The position numbers were made by a program, and so were the translations under genes. Shown here piece after piece: positions 35,713 through 47,509 of a stretch of DNA of 56,753 nt. Source of the stretch: Chiloscyllium plagiosum (lineage: Eukaryota); contig NC_057718.1 in the NCBI RefSeq assembly GCF_004010195.1, positions 1,992,229 to 2,048,981 of the forward strand, given 5' to 3'. Below the pieces are notes generated by a model. That model did not search any database. It saw only the letters and a program-made list of their open reading frames with translations, and was not told where the DNA came from. Position 1 is the stretch's first letter, and the number at the start of each line of letters is the position of its first letter.

Positions 35713-35810
35713 GTAAGGAACCAAAACACCAGTCAGTTCCATCATTCCAAGCAACAGTTCCGTCAAAAAATTAATTTACATTCTTGTTTTCTCTCCTTTC
35801 TGTTAATAAG

Positions 35811-35849
35811 AACATGCCTCACATTGTTAAACTCCTTCCTGATGGCTGA
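35811..35849 (+). CDS. Ig-superfamily receptor, cytoplasmic exon 3 (NMPHIVKLLPDG*); the exon continues to a donor after 35853
   Basis: Long pyrimidine tract ending aag, completes YVNM. TGA at 35847-35849 followed by ccag|gtaagt. Confidence 0.6.
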   Translation, partial: NMPHIVKLLPDG

Positions 35850-35929
35850 CCAGGTAAGTTCCTGTTAATTCCAGGCTGCATTCATGTGTGAGCTAAGGGA
35901 ATATCTTTTACATTCAATTTATAACAATG

Positions 35930-36335
35930 ATACCTGGGCTGCAGGGGTTAGATTATGAAGAGAGATTATACAAATGAGGCCTGTTTTCTTCAGAATTTAC
36001 AAGGTTAAGGGATGATCTGATCAAAGTCTTCCAGATAGTAACAGGAAAGGACAGGGTAGATAAAGATAAAATGTTTCCACTAGTTGGGGATTCTAGAACT
36101 AGGGGGATTAGGGCCAGACCATTCAGGAGAGATGTCAGGAAGCATTCCCAGACACAAAGGGTGGGAGAGGTTTGGAACTCTCTTCCACAATCAGCAGTGG
36201 ATGCTGGATCAGTTGTTAATTTATCTGTCTCAGATTTAAAATTAAGAGATATGGACCAAAGGCAGGTAAATGGAGTTAGGCCACAGATCGGTGGGACAGG
36301 CTCAAGGGGCTGAATGGCCTACTCCTGCTCCTATG
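35930..36335 (+). mobile_element. Old CR1 LINE 3' fragment
   Basis: MFPLVGDSRTRG...TQRVGEVWNSLPQ and a tail gaggggctgaatggcctactcctg-like sequence. Confidence 0.7.
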
Positions 36336-36988
36336 ATGCTGCATTTTGATGGTGGTGATTCCTGTTGCTATTTGTCATGCCAAGTCTGGAGACCAGAGTA
36401 CTAATAATCTGCAGGTTTTACAATGTTTGAAACCCTGGGGATATGTCTGTACAATGAAGGAAAATCTCTGTGACACATGGGTGCTGGCGTAATGTGTAAA
36501 CTACTGGTGATGATGAGATGTGGACAGTCTGACATCAAAACCATAGTAAGACAGGAAATAGAGGGGGGAGGGTGGATATGGAATAAAGGAAAGTCGGTGG
36601 ATTTTGAAAACAGCTGATGTGGAAGATAAACTGATCCAGGCCGGTTGGAACTTGCTGGGTGTAAATTCTGTACAGCACCAGAATGGTTAATGCCACAATA
36701 ACATGGTGGCTCACTGGGAATGCGTATTTACACTGAGGGGAAAGAACAGGCTACCCTTGCTGATTGCTTGTGTTAGACCCAAAAGGCACAGACTGTACCA
36801 GCAGCGCTGTATACTGACTCAGTAGCTACTCACTTGTTATTGAAGGAGAGCCATTTCATTCCTGGGCTACATTGGTGAGAAACATTACAGGGAATGGGGT
36901 GGAGGTGATGTTGGAACCAGAGATGGGGTGATGTTGATGGGGATGGGGCACCGAAAGACAGCAAATGCACCTTATTCCGGATTTACAG

Positions 36989-37012
36989 ATGACCCAGTGT
37001 TTCAGCGACATG
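36989..37012 (+). other. Candidate 24-nt exon downstream of the in-frame stop (DDPVFQRH in phase 1)
   Basis: tttacag/gtaaac boundaries, open in phase 1-1. Confidence 0.35.
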
Positions 37013-37803
37013 GTAAACAGTGGGGAGATGGTAACGCGGCTGAGCAGGGTGTCGATTTACTGGTGAACTGGGGAGGCACATAACAGATAGAATTTAAGGC
37101 GGGGGATTGTGGTGTGAAGTGGAGATGTGGATAAATAGCAGAACTTTAAAGTGGGGGAGGCATGGGTGGGGGAGTAGGGACAGAGGAACCTGAGGCTGTT
37201 ACAGGTCAACCACGGTTACTGATTCCTGCTCCACACTTTGTTCTCAACTATTCCTAGAAACTGCTCTTCACCCCCTCCCCTCTGCACCTCTCCATTTCTC
37301 CCTCCTCTCTCACTCGCGCCTCTCACCATAACTCCGACTTTCTCCCCCACCCCCTCCCCCTCCTCCCTCCATCATCCCCCATCCGTACCTCTCCACCTCT
37401 GCTTTTCTCCACCCTCCCCTCCTTTACCTCTCCATGTCTCCAGCTCTTCAGTTTGCGTGCAGTGTTGGTCTCCTTACACAAGAAAGGACACACTTTGAGA
37501 CTGTAAAGGTCACAAGGGGAGAAAGCAGAAATACAGCATTGAGCGAGAGAATTGGCCATGATCAGATTGATTGGTGGAACAAGCTTGATGGGCCGAATGG
37601 CCTACTCCTGCTCCTAGTTTCTATGTTTCCACATTTCCATCTCTCCATTACCTCATCGTGCTCTCTCTTCACCATTTTACACCTGTCCCGGTGAATGTTT
37701 TGCCATGTTAAAGGGGGCTATATAAATGGAAGTTAACTTGTTTTTGAAATCAATATCCATGCAGCTCACCGGCCCTTAAATTGTTCCTATTTGTGTTGAA
37801 CAG

Positions 37804-37923
37804 ACAATGACCATGAGCTTCAATACTGCACCAATCCTGAACAGCAATTCTCCAACCACGAGAAGAATCTCCTCGGTCATTTCCCTGCTCCTCAGCAGCA
37901 GCCTGTACCTCACCAGGACTTAG
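37804..37923 (+). other. Candidate distal cytoplasmic exon (DNDHELQYCTNPEQQ...HQDL in phase 1)
   Basis: Pyrimidine-rich tract ending aacag, open frame with a Tyr, weak donor ag|gtttat. Confidence 0.35.
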
Positions 37924-39006
37924 GTTTATCTGTAATTGATGGACAGATTGGATCAAACACTCCTTTCCCACATTTCTGTGAATCTAATCCTAACCTGATG
38001 TCCGTGATGATCCTAAATGACTTCTCCAGACCGAGAAACAAATCCTTCAAACATACAGATCAATGCTGAGAGCCCAGTGAGAGTCACCACAATCATTTCT
38101 GGGCATTATACCCTCTGGAAGCACCCTGGAGTGGGTGTGGGGTGGCAGGGTGGGGGTGGGGGGGTGGGGTGGGGCTGAAGATTCACCAGAGTAATGACAG
38201 CATGACAAGGATAAATTATGAGGATAGGTTCTGTAAATCAGGTCTGTATTCCTTTGAGTTGGAATGGTTGAGGGGGTGATTTGNNNNNNNNNNNNNNNNN
38301 NNNNNNNNNNNNNNNNNNNNNNNNNNNNNNNNNNNNNNNNNNNNNNNNNNNNNNNNNNNNNNNNNNNNNNNNNNNNNNNNNNNNNNNNNNNNNNNNNNNN
38401 NNNNNNNNNNNNNNNNNNNNNNNNNNNNNNNNNNNNNNNNNNNNNNNNNNNNNNNNNNNNNNNNNNNNNNNNNNNNNNNNNNNNNNNNNNNNNNNNNNNN
38501 NNNNNNNNNNNNNNNNNNNNNNNNNNNNNNNNNNNNNNNNNNNNNNNNNNNNNNNNNNNNNNNNNNNNNNNNNNNNNNNNNNNNNNNNNNNNNNNNNNNN
38601 NNNNNNNNNNNNNNNNNNNNNNNNNNNNNNNNNNNNNNNNNNNNNNNNNNNNNNNNNNNNNNNNNNNNNNNNNNNNNNNNNNNNNNNNNNNNNNNNNNNN
38701 NNNNNTGAGTGGGTGATTTGGGTGAGTGGGTGATTTGGGTGAGATGTTCCAGGTGATTCAGGGATACATAGGAATTACTAAACTGACTGAATCTTTAAAT
38801 GTGACCAATGAGAGATGAGGAGGGTGTATCTCTCTCCAGAGGGGGACACTTCTACATCAATATCTCACCACGGGCTGGCAGGTTCCTCAGTCGAAGCAAT
38901 TAAATTTCAGACAAACCCAACAGTTTCTCCTCTGGCTTTCTGCTTGTGTTCTGGTCATCATCGTCCCTCGTACATGCTGTGACCAAAATGTAACCTCTTT
39001 GTCCAG

Positions 39007-39146
39007 ATCTTGGTCTGTTTGCTGTCCTTGAAGAGAAGCCACAGTATGAACACACAGTGCTGCAGCACGGCCTCAGCCTGACACAAGAGATGGACTTTGA
39101 CACTGTCCCGGCGCATCTCCCATCATGGGAGCAAGCTGGGAGGTGA
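39007..39146 (+). other. Candidate terminal exon (DLGLFAVLEEKPQYEHTV...QAGR* in phase 1)
   Basis: Acceptor taacctctttgtccag, open phase-1 frame with EEKPQY. Confidence 0.25.
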
Positions 39147-40177
39147 GACAGCAGCCTGGAGAGTCAGGTGTAATGGCATGGGGACAGGGGGCTATGCCCA
39201 TTGTCTGCAGGTGATGGGATAGGTACTGAGTGCCCTGTGTCCTTCAGCCCACTGAGACCCATTGATGATCAAATCATGGCTGTCGAAAGACCTGGCCCAC
39301 CCCCACTGGGACTTTGCCAGCAGCACAAGGGGCATGTTGCCACCCAGGGCAGGTCACCTAATGTCTCCCTAAGGAGCTGAGTGGAGGTAGGAGGTCCGTC
39401 CTAAAACAAGGAGCTCATGTCCTGGGCCCACCTTGAGAACATCAATGACCTGGCCACCTGGAAGATTCCACCACCTCGCCCCCTCCTATGAGCAAGCACC
39501 TGACCCCACACTCCCCAAAGAGGAATATCCCTGTGATCCTCCATCCCATTTACTCAGGTCTCTGCCATTGAGGCTACTCTGGGACCTCCTGCAGTCCCAG
39601 CACTGGCCACGACCCATGGGGGTGCTGCTGAGTCTGAAGGAATGAGGACTCTGCAATTGGCCAACTGCTCTGAGAGAGATAGAAGCTGTTATATTTACAT
39701 AGCACCCTTTAACAGGGTAAAACCTTCCTGGGCACAGGGAATGCTGGACTTTCCCCGTGGTGATCCTTACAGCCTGTGCTGATGGACCGTGAACAGGAAC
39801 CCCACCTTCACACAAACCCTAAAGATGCAAAGTTTCTTAGTTTCCTTGACAACTGCTTCTGGCTGCATCACTCCACATGATCGTGTATCTCATTGTCCAC
39901 GTGGTGGGCTCTGCTCACTTATTCCTTATTTTCGATAAAAGTGAAAGGTTATTGGGGCAGGTGGAAATGTAATCAGAATAGCCACTGAATGGCAGAGCAT
40001 GCTCAAGGGGCTGATTGGCCTGTACTTCACCCTGTTTTCTATGGTTCCAATTTTTGGTGTTACTCGTGTTCCTAATTCACATGCCCATATGTTTTTGACT
40101 GCCCGCAAAATTAAGAGTGAACAGCCAATTCTCAAAATTTAAAGTCGATAGAAAAGAGGCTGGACACTAAACATCTG

Positions 40178-40604
40178 CATTGTGGATAGTGACGAAGGAT
40201 GTAGTAGGTTGCAGAGAGACATTGATAGGATGCAGATAGGATGCAGAGCTGGGCTGAGAGTGGCAAACGGAGTTTAATGTGGACAAGTGTGAGGTGACAC
40301 ACTTTGGTCGGAGTAACCGGAATGCAAAGTACTGGGCTAATGGTAGGATTCTTGGGAGTGCAGATGAGCAGAGAGATCTCGGTGTCCATGTACACAGATC
40401 CCTGAAAGTTCCCACCCAGGTTGACAGGGTTGTTAAGAAGGCATACAGTGCTTTGGCCTTTATTAACAGAGGGATTGAGTTCCGGAACCAGGAGGTTATG
40501 CTGCAGCTGTACAAAGCTCTGGTACGGCCACACTTGGAGTATTGTGTACAGTTCTGGTCACCGCATTATAAGAAGGATGTGGAAGCTTTGGAAAGGGTGC
40601 AGAG
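40178..40604 (+). mobile_element. CR1 LINE ORF2 fragment
   Basis: DKCEVTHFG...QRDLGV...LYKALVRPHLEYCVQFWSP. Confidence 0.9.
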
Positions 40605-41165
40605 NNNNNNNNNNNNNNNNNNNNNNNNNNNNNNNNNNNNNNNNNNNNNNNNNNNNNNNNNNNNNNNNNNNNNNNNNNNNNNNNNNNNNNNNNNNNNNNN
40701 NNNNNNNNNNNNNNNNNNNNNNNNNNNNNNNNNNNNNNNNNNNNNNNNNNNNNNNNNNNNNNNNNNNNNNNNNNNNNNNNNNNNNNNNNNNNNNNNNNNN
40801 NNNNNNNNNNNNNNNNNNNNNNNNNNNNNNNNNNNNNNNNNNNNNNNNNNNNNNNNNNNNNNNNNNNNNNNNNNNNNNNNNNNNNNNNNNNNNNNNNNNN
40901 NNNNNNNNNNNNNNNNNNNNNNNNNNNNNNNNNNNNNNNNNNNNNNNNNNNNNNNNNNNNNNNNNNNNNNNNNNNNNNNNNNNNNNNNNNNNNNNNNNNN
41001 NNNNNNNNNNNNNNNNNNNNNNNNNNNNNNNNNNNNNNNNNNNNNNNNNNNNNNNNNNNNNNNNNNNNNNNNNNNNNNNNNNNNNNNNNNNNNNNNNNNN
41101 NNNNNNNNNNNNNNNNNNNNNNNNNNNNNNNNNNNNNNNNNNNNNNNNNNNNNNNNNNNNNNNNN

Positions 41166-41670
41166 GGCGCTGCTCGGGACGAACCTCGAGAAACACCACT
41201 GCATTCCTCTCCAGACTTCCTCTGCATAGGCACATTCCAGAATGAGGTGTGTGACAGTCTCGTCCCCCCCGCAGCCGCTTCGAGGGCAGCGTGCGGTGCG
41301 GCTGGGAGTCCGGGCGTGCATAAAGGATCTCACAGGCAGAACTCTTCTCACCACCAGCCAAGCCATGTCTTGGTGCTTGTTGGAAAGTTCTGGCGATGAG
41401 GCATTCTGCCAAATGGCTTTGACAGTCTGCTCAGGGAACCGCTCGATAGGATCTGCCCTCTCCTTTTCCCGAAGGGTCTCAAGGACACTACGTGCTGACC
41501 ACTTCCTGATGGACTTGTGGTCAAAGGTGTTTTTCTTCATTAATTTCTCCACGAAGGACAGGAGATACGGAACGGTCCAACTACTCGGAGCGTTCCGCGG
41601 CAGCGAGGCCAGGCCCATCCTTCGCAACACCGGGGACAGGTAGAACCTCAGTACGTAGTGACACTTGGTT
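41166..41670 (-). mobile_element. Tx1/L1-clade LINE ORF2 fragment including the zf-RVT Cys-rich motif
   Basis: KHQDMAWLVVRRVLPVR...CPRSGCGGDETVTHLILECAYAEEVW. Confidence 0.85.
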
Positions 41671-42464
41671 ACCACATATGCAAGGACATGACTGGATATC
41701 AACTGAAAGTGAGAGCAATGGTCAATTGACAGATCCCTAACCCTGGGGTCCTGAGGTCAGTTGTAGGACCTGTATGAACCAACTTTCTGAGATGATCTGT
41801 TGGGTTAACAGATTTGTTCCCTCTCTCCAACTCATTGCTTCAATTTGTTTGATTTATTAAAGATATTACAACAAAGGCAGTCTATTATTCTGAACAGAAG
41901 TGACCACTTGTCCATCAGCGAAGTAGATAAAGCTTCTGGTGATGTTTCAGGACCTCCCAGTGTTTCCGACTTTAACAACACTTCCCCACTTCCTGCTTGT
42001 CTCACATTTTAGACTTTTCAATTGTTGCATTTTTCTAATTCATATATTTTTTCACAGTATTTAACTGTTTGATCAAAGTGAAGTGTTTTCAACGTTTTAA
42101 GATAAAATCTGATCGTGATTCTACCCTTGATAATATTTCTGTGGTTTCATCTCTGACGCTTGTCTCAGTTGGATTAAGCTGTTGTGGTTTTGAGATTAAA
42201 TTGTTAGTTGCATTTAGCTGGTTGGTAAATACCCATCTTGGTAAGTTCTTACATGTCCAGAGATTGGCAATGTGGCAAATACTGAGCAGGAGAAAGAACT
42301 GTTTCTGAGTTGAAAGGTGCTAAAATTGCACCAGAGTGTCTCAGATTTCAATGGGCAGGTAATTTGGACTGGGCTGAAGCAAGGACCAATGTACTCCTGT
42401 CAGACCAAGCCTCACACCAAATGCTCTGTACACATTTCCATTTCACATACACACTCCAAGTGTG

Positions 42465-43393
42465 TGTACAAAGTTAAAAATCACACAACACCAGGTTATA
42501 GTCCAACAGGTTTAATTGGAAGCACACTAGCTTTCGGAGCGACACTCCTTCATCAGGTGATTGTGGAAGGCTCGATCGTAACACAGAATTTATAGCAAAA
42601 ATTTGCAGTGTGGTGTAACTGAAATTATACATTGAAAAATTGATTGTCTGTTAAGCCTTTCATGTTAGAATACAGTGATAGTTTCACTTCTTTCATGTGT
42701 AAATCACAAAAACTTTTTTTAAAAGTTGCATTCTCGGGTTAGCTGTTAACAATGGTGATAGCTAGACAATNNNNNNNNNNNNNNNNNNNNNNNNNNNNNN
42801 NNNNNNNNNNNNNNNNNNNNNNNNNNNNNNNNNNNNNNNNNNNNNNNNNNNNNNNNNNNNNNNNNNNNNNNNNNNNNNNNNNNNNNNNNNNNNNNNNNNN
42901 NNNNNNNNNNNNNNNNNNNNNNNNNNNNNNNNNNNNNNNNNNNNNNNNNNNNNNNNNNNNNNNNNNNNNNNNNNNNNNNNNNNNNNNNNNNNNNNNNNNN
43001 NNNNNNNNNNNNNNNNNNNNNNNNNNNNNNNNNNNNNNNNNNNNNNNNNNNNNNNNNNNNNNNNNNNNNNNNNNNNNNNNNNNNNNNNNNNNNNNNNNNN
43101 NNNNNNNNNNNNNNNNNNTTTGTGATTTACACATGAAAGAAGTGAAACTATCACTGTATTCTAACATGAAAGGCTTAACAGACAATCAATTTTTCAATGT
43201 ATAATTTCAGTTACATCACACTGCAAATTTTTGCTATAAATTCTGTGTTACGATCTAGCCCTCCACAATCACCTGATGAAGGAGCGTCGCTTCAAAAGCT
43301 AGTGTGCTTCCAATTAAACCTGTTGGACTCTAACCTGGTGTTGTGTGATTTTTAATTTTGTACACCCCAGTCCAACACCGGCATCTCCAAATC
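42465..43393. mobile_element. Young Penelope-like inverted termini flanking a gap
   Basis: About 42465-42710 and 43119-43365 are near-identical reverse complements, each with a hammerhead-like core. Confidence 0.8.
42528..42556 (-). ncRNA. Minimal hammerhead ribozyme core
   Basis: Minus strand reads cac-CUGAUGA-aggag-ugucg-cucc-GAAAGCUA-gug. Confidence 0.65.
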
Positions 43394-43743
43394 AAGTGTG
43401 TGTAGTGACAGAGTTCCTGTTGGCAATGTATGTTGTATAAGATAATGGGCCTGAAAGTATTAGTATTGAAATTACATGAAGCTAAATCCAATTTTAAGTT
43501 TTTTTAATTCATTCATGAGATGTGGATGTCACTGTCCAGACCAATATTATTGCCCACCCCCAATTTCTCAGAGGGCAGATGAAAGTCAACTGCTTTGCTG
43601 TGGTTCTGGAGTCACAGGACAAACAGAACCCCGAAAGACTCCCGAAAGGACATTAGATTTGTTGTGTGGAGAAAGAATATTCTGGAATGAGGTCTCATTG
43701 GAGGCAGATTCCACATCTCTGGCTGTTGGTAATGTTTGTAGTT

Positions 43744-43870
43744 CCTGAAGAAGGGCTTATGCCCGAAACGTCGATTCTCCTGTTCCCTGGATGCTGCCTG
43801 ACCTGCTGCGCTTCTCCAGCAACACATTTTCAGCTCTGATCTCCAGCATCTGCAGACCTCATTTTCTCCT
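43744..43870 (+). mobile_element. 127-bp Penelope-like terminal insertion with a 14-bp TSD
   Basis: TAATGTTTGTAGTT at 43730-43743 and 43871-43884. Confidence 0.85.
43745..43772 (+). ncRNA. Minimal type I hammerhead ribozyme core
   Basis: CUGAAGA-agggc-uuau-gccc-GAAACGUC. Confidence 0.65.
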
Positions 43871-44624
43871 TAATGTTTGTAGTTAAGCCAAGCAAGTTCA
43901 TGCAACTTGCTCCCATCGTTATCATGCTTTGTGTATGATAAGGCCCTCTACCTGTTCAGACTCACTAGGAGTTTATCCTTTTCCACTTCTTTGTTCAATA
44001 GGCCCATAGTCCCAGCGTGTAAACAATGGATGAGGGTTCTTGTGCAGGAATAGTAGCATCCAAACCCCTGAGCCAGGAGGCTCAGCCCCTGATCCCTCCC
44101 TGCTCCAGATGTGTGCCATAATGTATCTGAACAGGATGGTTCCAATCACAGTGAGGGAGGCATGGTGCCGCATTAGGCCCAAAGCACAAGCCACCAGAGG
44201 TACCACAACATGCAACATGGTGATCAGCCAAGTGACCGCTACCTTACAGCTCACGGTGACTTATGTAGAAAACAATCCCATTTAACCCAGGACCAAAACA
44301 AAAACCGAGAGAAAAACAAGTGAGCAGCAGCTGCATGAGAGAAGCTGGCAGGGTGAAGGCAGTTCCCCAGAAGGAAACTTTCACCCTGCAGTGAGGAAGA
44401 GGCACAGGAAAACCAGGAAGAGGCTTCAACCCAGTCACACTGGGAATTGACCGAGTCTTTACAGAGTAGTTCAGAGCTCCAGATGTAAAGTTAGCATTCG
44501 CACTCGGTAAGAGGGAGAAAGTGTACAATGACAGAAGGAAGGATGATGTTGGGATGGAGCAGGCTGGGATGGATAGAAGTGAAAAGGAACAGATGCTTGA
44601 CAACAGGAATATCATCTCCATCAT

Positions 44625-45122
44625 GGAACCATAGAACCCCCAACAGTGTGGAAACAGGCCCTTCAGCCCGACAAGTCCACACTGACCCTCCGATGAGTAA
44701 CCCACCCAGACCCTTTCCCCCATCCTATATTTACCCCTGACTAATGCACCTAACAGGGTAAAAACAAGGACTGCAGATGCTGGAAACCAGATTATAGATT
44801 AGAGTGATGCTGGAAAAGCACAGCAGGTCAGTCCTTCCTGATGAAGGACTTTTGTCCAAAACTTCGATTTTCCTGCTCCTCGGTTGCTGCCTGACCTGCT
44901 GTGCTTTTCCAGCACCACTCTCATCTAATACACATCCCTGAACATTATGGGCAATTTAGCACGGCCAACTCACCTAACCTACACATGTTCAGACTGTGGG
45001 AAGAAACCCACGCAGACACAGGGAGAACGTGCAAACTCCACACAGGCAGTTGCCTGAGATTAGAATCGAACCTGGGTTCCTGATGCTGTGAGGCAGCAGT
45101 ACTAACCACTGAGCCACCGTGC
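44625..45122 (-). mobile_element. HE1-like SINE with a Penelope-like hairpin inserted at about 44755-44928
   Basis: Same SINE as 4255-4572, split by a gtaaaaacaa...ctgcagatgctgga... element. Confidence 0.8.
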
Positions 45123-45449
45123 AGCATCATGAGCAGACTTCTTGAGTAACAGTTGTTATAGAAAGAATAAAGGTCAGAGAATGAAACTATTCCAACACCA
45201 CGCTCTGGGCCTACTGCAGCCAGTAGTCCCCATTCAAGGCACCATCCTGGCTGTAGCTGATGCCCCTTTGAGTCCCTGAGTCCAAGCTCTGGTCCTACCG
45301 CATCCAGGAGTCCCTGCTCCAAGAGTTAGGAAAGCATAATTTTGATGAAATAAAGATCCAGCAAGCAACACAGAGATACAGTGTTGCAAAAATACACACT
45401 TTCAAGTTTTAATAGCTAGAAATACCACAGAATTAACATACAACCTAAA

Positions 45450-46730
45450 GGCTTATGGACAAGAAAAATGCTGTTGCATTGCTATTATTGTCATGTTTGA
45501 AAGCTTGAAGAGACTCCAGACGACATTAAAAAAATTAAGAAAAGTGCAGTTCAATGCAAAATTACATGTTTTAAGGTCATCAGTATTTACTTATTGCAGA
45601 TTCATTAAATCTGTAAGGAAACTAGAGGAGACAACATTGAAGCTATAGGTTTGAAACAGTGTTCATGTAATAAGAATGAATAATCTCATTAAGAAGAAAT
45701 GGCTGGAGAATTAATAAGTCATAAAGATTTAATGTCAGTGATGGGCAAACAGAATACATGATTGGACACCTTGAAGAAAACAATCTTAAGATGCAATGTT
45801 GTTTTAAAATCAAGTACTAAATCTTAAGTTGAATAAGTAAATATATTATTGCATTCAATAGGTCCAACAGCAGATGATGTTATAGATTGGCAAAATGTAA
45901 AAGAGGGCACATATACTTTGAAGAGATTCTAACAGGTTTTGATAATTACTTCAACCTGAGGACAAGTAAAGTCTTTGAAATTAGAAGATTTGACAGAAGA
46001 GCTCATCATCCAAGGAATTATGACCATGGATCTTTGAAATAGATTTTGATTTAGTATTATTGTTGAATCTTTGTCAGACTTATTATAGTCTAAAGAAGAT
46101 TTAAATTTAGAGAAAGTGATTCAAATTATGTGGAAACCAGATATCAGGAAGATTCATAGACAGCCCCTGAGAGGAGAAGGACAATGCTGTCACTGGAGGG
46201 TAACAAAATCCAGCAGAGAATGTACAAACACTATGGACAGATGTGGCAAGCCACAGGAACGGTGTAGGCTGTACGGATACAGTGGGGTAAAAACAATGAC
46301 TGCAGATACTGGAAACCAGATTCTGGATCAGTGGTGCTGGAAGATACAGTGGTCAGTGTCAGTGCTATGGAACAAAAAAAAATGCCTCGCAGATACAAGC
46401 AGTGCCCAGCCATGACCAAACAATGCTACCTCTGTAATTGAGGTTTTGAATGTTGCTGTCCCATCAGTTCAAATACCATGATGAAAGGAACCGAGATTAC
46501 AGCTGGCAGTGATAAAACCATACACTCCAGGTGAAAGAACTCTCCAGAGTACGGGCTAGCTATGAGTGACACAACAGCACAAAGGCAACGGAAGAGAATT
46601 GAAAATGCTTACATAATTCACAATCAACACCTCTCCTTTGAGTCTGAAAATACCTTGATCTCAACATCCTTAAATAGCAGGAGGAGTTCACTTATGAGGT
46701 TAGAAACAGTTGTCCAACCAGTCAAACAGC
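45450..46730 (+). mobile_element. Possible highly degraded Gypsy-like LTR retrotransposon relic
   Basis: A-rich stretch with fragments reading EELII, DLNLEKVIQ and RCGK, reminiscent of gag. No intact ORF or LTR pair seen. Confidence 0.3.
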
Positions 46731-47509
46731 CAGAGGAAACAGATCCTGAGGTCAAGAAGGAGCAGTTTAACCCACGTGACCCCATTATTCCACCCTGTTT
46801 ATCTACTCTTCCAGCTTCTTCCATTGGACAAAAGATACAAACATTTGAAAACATGTACCAACAGATTCAGACTTATGAATGGATCTCTCTTATATTTGAG
46901 CTGATCTTTCTCTGCACCTTCTCTGTAGCTGTAACATTATATTCTGCATTCTGTTCCATTTCCCTGGTGTATGGTATGATTTATCTGGATTGCACAAAAT
47001 ACAATACTTTCAACTGTATCTCAATACATTTGATAGTAACACATCAAATCAAATCAAATGATGAGTGTTTAACAGAAGGCAGTAACACAGTCTGCTGAAT
47101 AAGGTGTTATAGCCTGTTACCAGATAACAGGTTGAGACAAGTTCAAGAGAAATATTGCAAGTCTTTCAAAGAAACATTTCCAGCCTCAGTGACAACAACA
47201 AAGTTGAGAAGTGATAGCCCATTCCAGGAATGGAATAGAATAGCAATTCATTGTCACGTGTAGTTTGACCAAAACAAATACAGTGAAAATGTCAGCCCAG
47301 ATTTCTGTAAAACTACACGAGACAATAAATTACTATTCTTTTCCATTCCAGGAATGGACTATTATTTCTCAACACCTGTATTAATGATAGAAGTCAGAGA
47401 TAGGAAGAAAAAAGTAAAAATAAAACATTTCATCGCAGATCAATTTAAGTTCTGGGGAGGTTGATGAAGATGATGATCAGTGGAAATTCGGAAGCTGCTG
47501 CCAAAGAGA

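Noticed and set aside
37820-37845. A one-base deletion would convert LQYCTN to the ITIM LQYCTI
   Set aside because: This requires an unsupported frameshift in an exon that is itself only a candidate.
38128-38175. G-run clusters with G-quadruplex potential (also 49660-49752)
   Set aside because: Low-complexity tracts with no further evidence of function.
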